A stretch of 56,226 bases of DNA, counting the filler, from Dugesia japonica (lineage: Eukaryota), in the NCBI GenBank assembly GCA_001938525.1. It is 5 parts of 5 records of this genome, joined end to end, with 100 filler letters (N's around TTAATTAATTAA, not from the genome) between each part and the next. Parts side by side here need not be neighbours in the genome. Positions count along the whole stretch, not along the records: positions 33,628 to 46,368 come from MQRL01613114.1; positions 46,469 to 56,226 come from MQRL01615810.1; 3 more parts are not named here. One strand, 5' to 3'. Shown one piece after another: positions 44,695 to 56,226 of the stretch (the first letter of the stretch is position 1; each line of letters begins with the position of its first letter). The notes below the pieces were generated by a model, which made no database searches, was not told the DNA's origin, and worked only from the letters and a program-made list of their open reading frames with translations. The translations under genes were made by a program, and so were the position numbers.

Positions 44695-45311
44695 AAGGGT
44701 GCACGAGTAGAATTGGCACGTAAATGCAATGAAGAAAATATCTCTAAAACACTACAAATTTGAAACTTTTATTTGAAATTTTACAAATATCAGTAATATT
44801 AAACATCAGAGATTGTAATTACTCAATAAAATCACCATCAGCATTAGTTACGAGAACAGGCCATTTTAACAACACCAGGAGACAAATTTTGAAATGCCTG
44901 GAATATTCTATTTCGCAGTTCGTTTTTGTTATTGCAGGCAGTCTTATTTGTTATCGCTTTAACCGCGCCCCATACGTAATAGTCAAGAGGATTACAATGA
45001 GAGTTCGGAGGCTACAATTCAGGAGTGACATGGTCATAAAAGTTTTCTGACATCCACTTTTGAGTTTTCCTGGCCATGTTTTCTGGAGCTGAATCTTGTT
45101 GAAACACGTAAGGTTTCCCAGCGCCAACTCTTTTTATCCAAGGTTTTACGACAGTTGAAAGTAATTTTTTATACATATCCTGATTCGCATTCCATTTAGT
45201 GAAAAAAGCATTGATCACATTAAATTTATCCATAAAAATAATGATATAAATGCATTTCTTTTACAAGATTTTACATTTAGAAAATGGCGCCAATTCTATT
45301 CGCAAACCTTG
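44695..45311 (-). mobile_element. DD37D (maT)-like transposon, internally deleted
   Basis: TA-flanked imperfect TIRs (cgagtagaattggc / gccaattctattcg). Peptide VVKPWIKRVGAGKPYVFQQDSAP..KTQKWMSENF..*PPNSHCNPLDYYVWG. Confidence 0.85.
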
Positions 45312-45382
45312 TATAAGCATTTTTTTAAAAATTAATAATTAAATATTGTTTTAAAAAAGGATTTTAAAAAAGGATTAAATAT

Positions 45383-45533
45383 GGTTTTATAATTACAATT
45401 ATTGCGAGAATAATTGTTGAACTTAACCATTGATCGCATTTGAGATTTCATAAAAATAAAGTAATAGCTTCGATCAAATTAAATTGTTGTTTTATGGATA
45501 TTTAAATGTTCGACTACTGTCTTCTTCAGGAAT
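45383..45533 (-). repeat. Longest colinear copy of the hammerhead-associated repeat
   Basis: Minus strand AUUC-CUGAAGA-A-GAC-AGUA-GUC-GAAC-AUUU (GAAA mutated), continuing to the conserved 3' end ...caacaattattctcgcaataattgtaattataaaacc. Confidence 0.8.
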
Positions 45534-46294
45534 GACTTTTTAATGAATTTAATCGATATCAGAACATTATTATAAAATTGTTTATATTTTATTAAAAATT
45601 TTATTGGATTATTATATTCAAATTAAAATTTTACTTTAAATTTAATCTCAAAATTCCAATTAAATTGAAATTTTAATTATTAACTTTGTATTTTATTTTG
45701 ATTTTTAAATTTTTAAAATTCTTTCAATTTGCAAAAGTTTATTTAATGATAATCATCATTAATTATGTTAATTTTATTTAATTGAAAAAGAAAATATATA
45801 AAATATTTGTATTATTATGAAATAGAAACAGGCTACATTTATACACTTCACAGGAAAAAACCTGAACAAATTTTGATCAAAGAGGATAAACCTAAAATCA
45901 ATGTGATTTATAATAATTATGACAACTAAAATAAATATCAATAAATCAAATTTATTAAAAAATCAAAAAAATTCATATAAAAAAATACTTGAAAATTTTT
46001 AAAATTCTTCTTTAACAAAATTTAAAAAATTACGTATTTTTTATTAATTATAACATAAACAAAACCTCAAAAATTTATATTAAAAAATTTATATTAATTT
46101 ATATTAATAAAACATTAAATAAAACACAAATTCTAAATTTTAAATAAAAAAAATAATATAATATTACTTTATTTTAATGAAATATTAATTATTGCATCTG
46201 AATATGACAGATACTCTATTGAAACATGCAGTACAAATATATATATTTATTCAGAGTTTTTATTAAAAAATTTCTGTTTTTCCTTTAATATTTA

Positions 46295-46355
<61 letters not shown>

Positions 46356-46368
46356 GTTATAATAAAAG

Positions 46369-46468
46369 NNNNNNNNNNNNNNNNNNNNNNNNNNNNNNNN
46401 NNNNNNNNNNNNTTAATTAATTAANNNNNNNNNNNNNNNNNNNNNNNNNNNNNNNNNNNNNNNNNNNN
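46369..46468. other. Artificial 100-bp contig linker
   Basis: 44 N + TTAATTAATTAA + 44 N. Confidence 0.95.
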
Positions 46469-46849
46469 TTTTTTAGAGAGCACGATCTGTAGGTAAACTT
46501 GTTCAATTCAATAGCGATTAGGCTTCCGCTTCTTTCCTTTTCCCTGTTCTTTAATACTAGAAATGAGGTTGATGACAAAAGTTAATATTTGGTTTTGACC
46601 TTACCAACTGAAGTTTTATAAATTTTTCGTTCGTCGTACGAGGTCTTTTAACAATGAATTAGATTTTTTTTGCGTAGTTCTACGGCTTAGTAAAATGAAA
46701 AAAATTGAATTGAATTGACTTGAAAATTGGAGGTCCTTTATAGGATTTTCTGGACACCCCAACTGCATTCAGATTTGCTGGTATTTTTAGACCAGCTCTT
46801 TTTCGATCTTATTGGTGCTAGCACCAATTTTCTGAAAATTTCTGACAAG

Positions 46850-47640
46850 TTCGCTGCCATGATTGGCAATTATTTTTAGAGAAGCACCTGAAATCGGTGT
46901 CTTTGTTTTATTTTTATTTTCTGGCCGCTGATTGGTCGAATCTTAGAATCCCTACCATACCCCTCTNNNNNNNNNNNNNNNNNNNNNNNNNNNNNNNNNN
47001 NNNNNNNNNNNNNNNNTTCGCTGCCATGATTGGCAATTATTTTTAGAGAAGCACCTGACAACGGTGTCTTTGTTTTATTTTTATTTTCTGCCCGCTGATT
47101 GGTCGAATCTTAGAATCCCTACCATACTCCTCTGGAAGGTGGTACGTTTTTTCTTTTTAGGGTCCTAATTGCACTTGCCTATTTTCTGCTCGATTTTTCT
47201 TGTTGGAATATTTTCTGACGACCGGGGCCAGAGTTATCCGTAAAAAACAGATTTTTATCCAATTTCGTTTGATTTCTTGTTTAAAATTAATTAATTTTTT
47301 CAGATTAATTAATTATTTTATATAATATTTTTCCTTATTAATTCTTTTAATTTATTAATTTTTTCTTAATTATGGATCATATGTTGCTTCCATTTTCCTT
47401 GTATCTTCTTTATTTTACCTTCATTTCTTTTTANNNNNNNNNNNNNNNNNNNNNNNNNNNNNNNNNNNNNNNNNNNNNNNNNNTTTGTTTAAAATTAATT
47501 AATTTTTCCATATTAATTAATTATTTTCTATAATATTTTTCCTTATTAATTCTTTTTATTTATTAATTTTTCTTAATTATGGATCATATGTTGCATCTAT
47601 TTTCCTTGTATCTTCTTTATTTTAACTTCATTTCTTTTTT
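46850..47640. repeat. Two near-identical tandem duplications, each straddling a 50-N gap
   Basis: 46850-46966 matches 47017-47133, and 47278-47432 matches 47485-47639, each with a few mismatches. Confidence 0.8.
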
Positions 47641-47720
47641 TTATGGTTGCTTTTCGTTTTATTTCTTTCTTTGGTTTATTCTCTCTTTTGGTGAGTGTTT
47701 CACCCCAACAGTTGTATTAA

Positions 47721-47833
47721 TATAATTACAATTATTTTGAGAATAATTGTTGGACTCAACCATTGATCGCATTTGAGATTTCATTAAATTAAAATCTTCG
47801 ATCAAAATATTGTTTTCTTTTTTATATTTTTGT
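47721..47833 (-). repeat. Hammerhead-associated repeat copy (core region lost in the N gap)
   Basis: tataattacaattattttgagaataattgttggactcaaccattgatcgcatttgagatttcattaaa..cttcgatcaaaat. Confidence 0.85.
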
Positions 47834-48207
47834 NNNNNNNNNNNNNNNNNNNNNNNNNNNNNNNNNNNNNNNNNNNNNNNNNNNNNNNNNNNNNNNNNNN
47901 NNNNNNNNNNNNNNNNNNNNNNNNNNNNNNNNNNNNNNNNNNNNNNNNAGATTTTCCAAAACTAGTCATTCGTGACAGCATGCGAGGAAAGATCCAGTAT
48001 AAAAACAATCGCCATAGAGAAAAAATAGAGGTTTTTAGTCTTAAGTCAGAGAAGTTTAAAAATATCAGTTATTTGTAAAAACTAGTTGAACTAATTGGTA
48101 TTATTTATTTGAAAAATAATTAAATATATTTTGTGGAGATATTTTTATCTATTGAAAACAACTTTCCGTATTGTTATCTGTGGAATTTTATTAGCCAGGA
48201 TAGAAAT

Positions 48208-49650
48208 CAGTAGCGTAGCCAGGAATATGTGAAGGGGGGTTTTNAATTTTTTCAGAATTTTTGGTTTTGTTTACTAACATAAAAGAACAAAGACGCCAAG
48301 TATTAAATAATGACGTCATTAGCCGATTCTTTAAAGTACGGAGACAACGTATGAGACATCAGAAAAAAATAAATAATTATAGTGTACTGAGAGTACAGAC
48401 AGGTGTTATGAAATTGCTGCATTTTTTGAAGAATATTAAAAAAAATCGTCAAATTATTACAATCAAAGAATTCCATCTTGTTTTGATGTTCAATTTAAAC
48501 TTCAGTTGCCCCCCATTTTTTTAACTATATTTTGTTGCAAAATAGATTGTTTTAAAGATGATTTTTTAAACATTCTTATAACATCTCTTAACATGTTAAT
48601 AATTTGACCAAAATCAATACTCAATGTCATAACTTCTTTATTTTCTTCAACTAACTCCAAATTGCTATCCGAATACAGATCATCTCTGAAATCTTCTTCT
48701 ACATCATCTTCAATTTTATTATCAACAAAATTTTCGATATCGTCCAAGCTTAGAGTTTCATTAGGAGTAGAATTTTTTGGTATATAAAAACAGTCCATTG
48801 CGGCCGAATCACGTGCATGATTATGGCAAAGCTGACTTAAAACATCTAATATTTTCCCGTTTTTTTTTCATTACAGCTGCTGGGTNNNNNNNNNNNNNNN
48901 NNNNNNNNNNNNNNNNNNNNNNNNNNNNNNNNNNNNNNNNNNNNNNNNNNNGCTTCAAATGAATGTTTAATAGTTTCTTCATTTCCTGCTTAACTATTTC
49001 TGTTAAACCAATTACATAGCATTCATCTTTATTTGATTCAATTCAAACTACACGAACTGTTACGTTTACATAACGTAAGATAGNGCGATCTGCCTATTCA
49101 TCCACAGTAATAGCTAATTTAAGATTTGCTTTTTTAAATTTTTCAAATTTATTTCGCAGTTCAATACATTTTTTCTTTATAAAGGCTGATGATGCATTTT
49201 GAAAAAGTTGTCGGACTTTTTGGCTTTTTATAACTTTTTTGTTTCATCAATTGTTGCGACTTTTGACAATATTTCATTTAAAGACTGTTTTTTACAAAGC
49301 TCAAAATAGTATTTGTTTCAATTTTTGGCTTTTTCTGTGGAACATTATTTTATTCATAATTTTCACTTGATACAGATTTAGATTTAAATATGTTGTGTCG
49401 TAANTTCAAATGATTAATCATAAGAGTGGTTGAACTTCTACACCCAAAGTTTGCATTACAGGTGGCTTCACAAATTTTATTTTTTCCAAATACTCGAATA
49501 TCAAACAGTCAATTAACACACGAATATATTCGAATATCAAGTATTTGAATATTCAGTTTGGAATCTCTAAGTCGCATCAAAAAATGAAATTTTTTTCATA
49601 CGCCAATGGGGGGGGTTTAACCCCCAAACCCCCCAATGCCTACGTCACTG
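48208..49650 (-). mobile_element. hAT element with a perfect 8-bp TSD, carrying a transposase fragment
   Basis: TIRs CAGTAGCGTAG / CTACGTCACTG, TSD ATAGAAAT on both sides. Minus-strand BED-like SSTTLMINHL, LAITVDE, CHNHA..AMDCFY and IINMLRDVIRMFKKS. Confidence 0.88.
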
Positions 49651-51171
49651 ATAGAAATGATTATCAGTTTTTATCATTATAAAAAAGAGCAACCACGAAA
49701 AAATCAAACAGTAATATTTCGATTTTATGTCACATAATTTAATATTGTTCCAGTCCTAATTCCAGTCTTGGCCATTCATTCCCAAGAAAGATCAAACTGA
49801 CTATTGCTCCCAATGAGTTGAAAATTAAAGTTACACTTCAAAAGTTTTGATGAATGATTTCGAATTGCAAATTGAGCTCCATCCATAACATAAAATTGAA
49901 TTACAAGGAAATATTTTTAATCGATGATGCCTCCTCCTTTATTCGTCCAAAAGAGTATTATGTTAAAGCTCCTTCGTGAGTGTTTGACAGAATGAATCTG
50001 GTTTATAAATTTATTTTTTAGCACAATAAAACTTTAGTAAAAAATGATTAATTAATTTAATGAATATTTTAAAACTAAATTACGATGCGAAGTAAAGTTA
50101 AATAATGAAATAACTAATGATCGATAAAATGAAGAAAAGTTGTATTTCTGAATTGTTTTTTTTGTGATATACCATTCCAGTAAGATTAAATAAAGAAAAA
50201 ATATAGTGACAAGGTTTAATGAATCTCTAAATGATAACTTTTTAATATGAATACGAAACGAAGCAAATATTACCACTGAACAAATCAACGAATGTTTATT
50301 GTCAATAAAATAGAGTACTTGACTTATGGTCAAGTAAATAGAGTAATAAAATAGTTCCTAAGTTGTCTCTTATAAGGCAAACTCAGTAGGATTATAACAA
50401 ATCAAATATACAATAGGAATGATTAATGAATCTTTGGATGAATATTTTAAATAATTAAGGAACGAAATAAATCTTAATAATGAACAACATACGAATAATT
50501 AGAATTTAAAAAATTAACAAAAATGTTAACCACAAATTGTTACTGTAAAGTAAAGATGCAGTATTTAATAAAGTAAATAAAACAGCCTCTCACTTAAACT
50601 TTTGTAGAAAATTAAATAAATCCATCAAAGTGAATTGAAGGAATTTAGAATTTATAATTTAATTTAATAAATTAGTAACGCGTTTTAATAACATATTTTG
50701 TTATTTCTCTTAAAGGAATTGACCATTTTTAATTTAATGAAATAGTTCAATAACATATTTTGAGATTGATTTTGTGCACAGTATTTGTTATGGCAACAAG
50801 TGAGCGACTTGCAAGGTAGTCTGGTATTTTATATAGTATAAATTGAAATAATCGAATTTCAGATATCGGTAGTAATAGAAGGGAAATATAATGATGAGAA
50901 TATAATGTAAAATTAATTTTAATTTTGGATTTCGGCTTAACGGAAAATAATAGTTGCATTACATTGATTCTTCATTCTCGTCTTAAATTTAATTAGGCAC
51001 GTTGGGAAATTCTTATTTAGTTATTAAAATATTTTAATTTCCATTTAATATTAAATGCAACCGTAAAGATTTTTAAGTTAAATACGATTAATAATATTTT
51101 ATGTAATTATAACTTTAATTTGGTTTACATTTTAAATAACTTTTTAGCTAATTATAAATTAATTTTAGTGT

Positions 51172-51341
51172 TTTATAATTACAATTATTGTGAGAATAAT
51201 TGTTGGACTTAACCATTGATCGGATTTGAGATTTCATTAAAATAAGATAAGGCTTCGATCAAAATAAAACAAAATTTGAACTTTTTTACAAATAAATTTT
51301 GTTTTGTTTTGATCGAAGCCCTATCTTATTTTAATGAAATC
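51172..51341. mobile_element. Fold-back copy of the hammerhead-associated repeat with a 12-bp TSD
   Basis: TSD taattttagtgt at 51160-51171 and 51342-51353. Inverted duplication agatttcattaaaataagata.ggcttcgatcaaaa / ttttgatcgaagcc.tatcttattttaatgaaatct. Confidence 0.85.
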
Positions 51342-52501
51342 TAATTTTAGTGTACATAAGAACAATTCTGGTGAACAGTATTTTAGACTTTAACTGTAAT
51401 AAGTTGAAAATAGAGTTTTTTATTAATAAAATTTTATTGGATATTAATAAAGTTTTTTATTCATTTCGACTTTATTTTGCTAATTTTTAAATGTACCCGT
51501 GTATAACACGCACGTGTATTTGCAATAGAAATGCTACTTTTTTCTTGTATGACACGCGTGTTATACACAGGATTGTAGGGCAGTCTAGTTATTAATTTGT
51601 TTTTTGGTTATCAGATATTATTTTACCATAGGTTTATTAATAATAATTAGGTTGTTTACGAATTCATTTTATTGTTTATATTTTCATTTATTAATAATAA
51701 TAATTTTGTTATAGCCGTATTGAAGTTCTTGTTTAACCATTTATTTTTGCCATAAGTAGAAATGTTTACATTCAAATATTTCTATGTCGTATTTTCTATT
51801 TAAAAAGCAGAAGTACTTTAAGTCGTTATACGAAGCAATTCCAAATTTAGGGTTCAATTAGATATTTCTTTAGGGTTATGTGATTTAATAAAACAATATT
51901 GTAGAGTTTCTTGCATCGANTGTCATAGTATGGTATTATAGTAATTTCTTAGATAGTGACTATAAGGTTATTATATAAAACTGGATGGAGTAGCAAAGTA
52001 GGAAGGACAAAAGAAAACACGGCATGCGTAGGTTATCAACCGGATCGTGACGCTTGGCTAGGATTATGAATTTGATAAATTCCAATTCGTAATTAGATTA
52101 TCAAATTTTAGTTTATCAAAATTTATAATTTCATAAATATGCACTTCGGATCAACCATATCCATTAATGTATCAAATGTAATAGTGGGTACATCTTTGAG
52201 AAACAATTTGGATACAAGGGTTAGAACAGGATAGATCCGATATAGGAGCCAAGGTACGTCGATTCAAACAACTAATACGGGTTACCACAAAGACCCGCTG
52301 GATTCCGGAAAAGAGGACAGTTAGTGAGTGTACAAGTCATGTGGCTTCTAATCATCTCTTAGATGAACGAAAATACCTAAAAAAAGTTATAAGATAGATA
52401 ACGCAAAGGAAAGATGTACCGGACAGAACATCAAAAGCCTAGAAGCAAAACAATATTAATTTTTTAGTTCTTGCTATTAAATTTAATTTGCCTCTGTCAG
52501 G

Positions 52502-52879
52502 CAGTGGCGTACCCAATGGATGGTATAGGGGCTTAACCCCTCCCCTTTGGTGTATGAAAAAAAATTCATTTTTTGATGCGACTTCATGTGCCTAAAAAAA
52601 TTTCATCCACTTAAATAATAAAAAAACAACAATTTTTATATAAAAATTGTTTTTCCTACTTTATTATTTTTTCATCATTATTAATTTATTTACAGTAATA
52701 CTGTCACACCTGTCTGTACTCTCAATACACTATAATTATTTTTTTTTCTGATGTCCCATACCTTGTCTCCGTACTTTAAAGAATCAGCTAAGCACGTCAT
52801 TATTTAATACTTGGCGTCTTTGTTGTTTTATGTTAGTAAACGAAAACAAAAATTTAAAACCCCCCTTCATATATTCCTG
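52502..52879 (+). mobile_element. Non-autonomous hAT MITE related to the ends of 48208-49650, in opposite orientation, one tip missing
   Basis: 52502-52584 matches the reverse complement of 49570-49650, and 52706-52879 matches the reverse complement of 48221-48406. Confidence 0.85.
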
Positions 52880-52962
52880 ACGAAAACAAAGTCGAAAATT
52901 CGAAATAATATTAAGATATATAAAAAAGAAAATGATTATTTCGATGAAAGCTTTTAATTTAA
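52873..52962 (+). repeat. Hammerhead-associated repeat, 5' part fused to the hAT MITE
   Basis: AUUC-CUGACGA-A-AAC-AAA-GUC-GAAA-AUUC-GAA. The downstream ataaaaaagaaaa...ttttaatttaat resembles the 47721 copy. Confidence 0.55.
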
Positions 52963-54665
52963 TAATTTGATAGTAAAATTTAAAAAAAACGAAATATTTG
53001 AATGTTTATACAACATTGTCGGAATTAATTTTGCTTGATCAGATAAATATATAATGTCTGAATTAATGTTAGAATTAAAATTTTATACAAGATTAATGTC
53101 AAATTAATATCAATGATCATATACAGAATTACCAGAATAATATAATTCAATAAAATCACATTGATAGAATGAGATCACAATTAAATGTTTGTGTATTAAT
53201 AAATCGATTTTGATTCGTCGAAATTACTTAGTCCTTCTTGATGGAATAAACTATAGCAACTAAGGCGTTATTATAAATTAGTTCGAGATATAGTTTAATG
53301 AAGTTAACTCGAATATATAACTATATACAGGTATAATTGGCATGTGATGGATTTGTGCTTCTCATAAATAAATAACTACTTTTTAAGAAAACTTGAAAAA
53401 ATAAAATCTCAGATTTTGTCATTGCAAGTACAAAGCAATTTTTACTTTCTAATCGCACGATCATTTCATCGAGTCCTTTGTAATAAAGCAAAAAATTTTA
53501 GGGTGAAAACTCCAGTTTGCAACTCTTTATTTAGTAAAACAGGCACTCATGCACGTGTCGGTGTTTATTCAAAATTCATTAATTTTTACATTTTGATAAA
53601 TATTTACATTAAAACTATTTAACTTATAATAAATTATTTACATTAAAATATAATATGTTTGCTTAATTTATTTTGAGAAAAATAAATTTTAATTATTTAT
53701 ATTATGCCGTTATATTAAATTAGAATAAACTTTATTTTAAAATAAAGCTTTGATTATAATTTACCTTGATAATTGACCTTATAAAATAATTCCAGATTAT
53801 TGACTGATAATATAAGTTAACCTCATAAATTTATATAATTATTAATGAAGAATTACAAATACACATTGAAATCGAAATTTTAAAACTAAAAATAACAATA
53901 ACAAATTATTGGTAAAATGCGATTTGTGATCAAAATAATGTCTTGATTGTAAACATAAATATAAGATCTAAATTGAATTGTCATAGATAACAATGAATTG
54001 AATAGAAAAAATTATTTGGATATCGCGTCGAGTTATCTTCTAATAGTGCACATCGAAGAATGTTTTGTTATTGTTATTATTATTTTGTGGTGATTATTTA
54101 TTGTTATAAATGCATTATTTGAGTTATTCAGTGTTATGTCATTTCTTGCTTGTTATTATTATTTATGTATATCCGTGTAGAGCATGCTTGTTCTAGATTC
54201 TTAACAGATTGATAATATCTTCACGATTGTTTGATCACTAATTAGTTTCACAGTTCTGAGACATTGTTGAGTTCGAATGTTATCCTATGTATTATTGGTA
54301 TGATTATAATAACCTTCTCGAATATTATCTAGTATATGTGAAATAAATATCGCTTCCAACCAAAATTTTCGAATATTCATTCATTTTAAATCACTCATTT
54401 GAATATTTTTCACAATATTCAAATAATTTAAAAAGATATTTTTCGCGATTTTGTCAGAAATTTCTGTTTTTGCTCACGTGTCAACTGATTAATAATTTAC
54501 CTGCTCTTTTAAATCAGATTTTTGAATCAATAATTGTTGAGGCTTCCAGCACGACAGATGAAGATTTTAACAATAGCTAAAATTAATTATAGTAAGTATA
54601 ATAAATGTTGACTTCACAGTTTAAGTTAGTTATTAACTTGTAACAGACTTCACTGAAGAATATAT

Positions 54666-56226
54666 ATGTATACAAAAGAACAAGAAAGATTGGTTTTATG
54701 CCTTCTTGATGAGGATTTGGTAGAAGATTTAGTTAAAACAGCGAAGAAAACAGATGGTTTTCAGGCACGTTTGAGATTGACCTTTGAAAAAGAAAAAGAT
54801 ATTATTCACGAGTTACAGAACTTGGTAGATTTGAAACGGGATAATATNNNNNNNNNNNNNNNNNNNNNNNNNNNNNNNNNNNNNNNNNNNNNNNNNNTAA
54901 GGTGCTGGTATGGGGGTCTGAAAACAGAAAAGTAAAATAAAAGGTAGTATTGCGGAAATTGGAAACTCCGGAGGAAATTAAGGAATAACTAGTTCTACTA
55001 GATTGAGTAGAGAAGAAAAGAGAGCAAATTAACATGATACATAGTTACGAGAGAGTAGTGAGTACTCAGAAAACGGAACCAAGGCGAGNNNNNNNNNNNN
55101 NNNNNNNNNNNNNNNNNNNNNNNNNNNNNNNNNNNNNNNNNNNNNNNNNNNNNNNNNNNNNNNNNNNNNNNNNNNNNNNNNNNNNNNNNNNNNNNNNNNN
55201 NNNNNNNNNNNNNNNNNNNNNNNCCTAAGTATAGATTGCTCACAAAGAGAAGAAAAGACATGTTTTGGATGCTAGATATGGGACACACGAGAAAAGAGTG
55301 TAAGAAAGAGAGATGTTTTCAATGTAGTAGGACCGGTCACAGAGCATCAGGGTGCCGAGAATATAAAAAAAGAAGCATAATTGAAGATAGACAAAATGGA
55401 AAAAGGAACAGAAAAATCGATATGGTTATTGTATTGAAGTAGAAACACAAGAAGAACGAGATTGACGAGAAGATGAGATAAGCGAGCATGGATCACAGAT
55501 ACTTTACACAAATGAGAGGGCTCCACCAAGGGAGGAAGTGGTTGGAGCCATTTATTATAAAATTCAATCAAAGAAGGTCAACATGAGTAGAAAAGTGGGA
55601 AAATAGAGAGAGAATCTATGAGAAAATATATAGTTTTCTGAAGAAAGAGAAATTTCATGCGGATTATGTTGAGGAGTGGGGACGGAGTATTGTCAGGAGG
55701 TCAACAAGTAGAAATAAGTTTCGATAAAATGCTGAACCGGCCGAGTATAACAATAATTATTGGTGGAGTTGTGATGGAATGTATTTTAGATACGGGAGCT
55801 CGTATTAATGTGATTAACGAGTTATGCTTAGAGAAATGGCCTTAAGTAAAAGTGGAACCTAGTGGGTTAAAGTTACATTGTGCAAATGGTAGTGGTTTAA
55901 ATACTAAAGGAAAGATACGATTGGAAGTTTAGCTGAGAGAGAAAAGAACAGAAGTTGAATTTATAGTAGTGGAAAGTGTGTATTCAGATGTTATTGGAGG
56001 AATAAATTTTCATCACATTTTTGGGTTTCAACTTAAGAGAGAAAGTAAAGAAAATGTAGAAATTGTAAGGAGAGAATTGATAGAAAACATTGAAGCAAGA
56101 TTTTGTAGGGAAGCGGCAGAAGTAGATAGATGGGAAAGAGTGAAAAAAACGACAGGTATTTTAGATGAAATTAAATTACAAGCGATTTGCAAGAGGTAAG
56201 TAAATGTTTTTATGGCGTCGAAATTG
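54666..56226 (+). mobile_element. Second decayed Ty3/Gypsy element (gag to protease), running off the window
   Basis: Gag remnants, knuckles CFGC..MGHTRKEC and CFQCSRTGHRASGC, protease CILDTGARINVI and VIGGINF, with many stops. Confidence 0.85.

Noticed and set aside
46850-47640. Biological tandem regulatory repeats
   Set aside because: Each pair straddles a 50-N gap, so uncollapsed allelic overlap is at least as likely.

Overview
Very AT-rich eukaryotic DNA, probably from an invertebrate. The 44-51 bp introns, abundant (TTA)n and TE mix would fit a flatworm such as a planarian, but this cannot be verified here. Four identical 100-bp linkers (44 N + TTAATTAATTAA + 44 N) split the window into five pieces that may not be genomic neighbours. 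Host genes are fragmentary: the 3' end of an Ig-domain single-pass membrane protein, late exons of an S6K-like AGC kinase, and two exons of the cap m6Am methyltransferase PCIF1/CAPAM. Most of the rest is mobile DNA. It includes a decayed Polinton/Maverick (adintovirus-like) provirus, a 419-bp AGT...ACT mini-element with a 6-bp TSD, a SPIN-like hAT MITE, a rearranged Penelope-like element in a TTA microsatellite, an LTR-bounded short-LTR Ty3/Gypsy nested in an older Gypsy, and several hAT, mariner, DD37D, DD41D and piggyBac-like remnants. The least-explained signal is a ~150-nt non-coding repeat seen six times. It carries a minimal hammerhead-ribozyme core, and two copies have 11-12 bp TSDs and 5' inversions. 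All family calls come from motif recognition by eye; no database searches were run.
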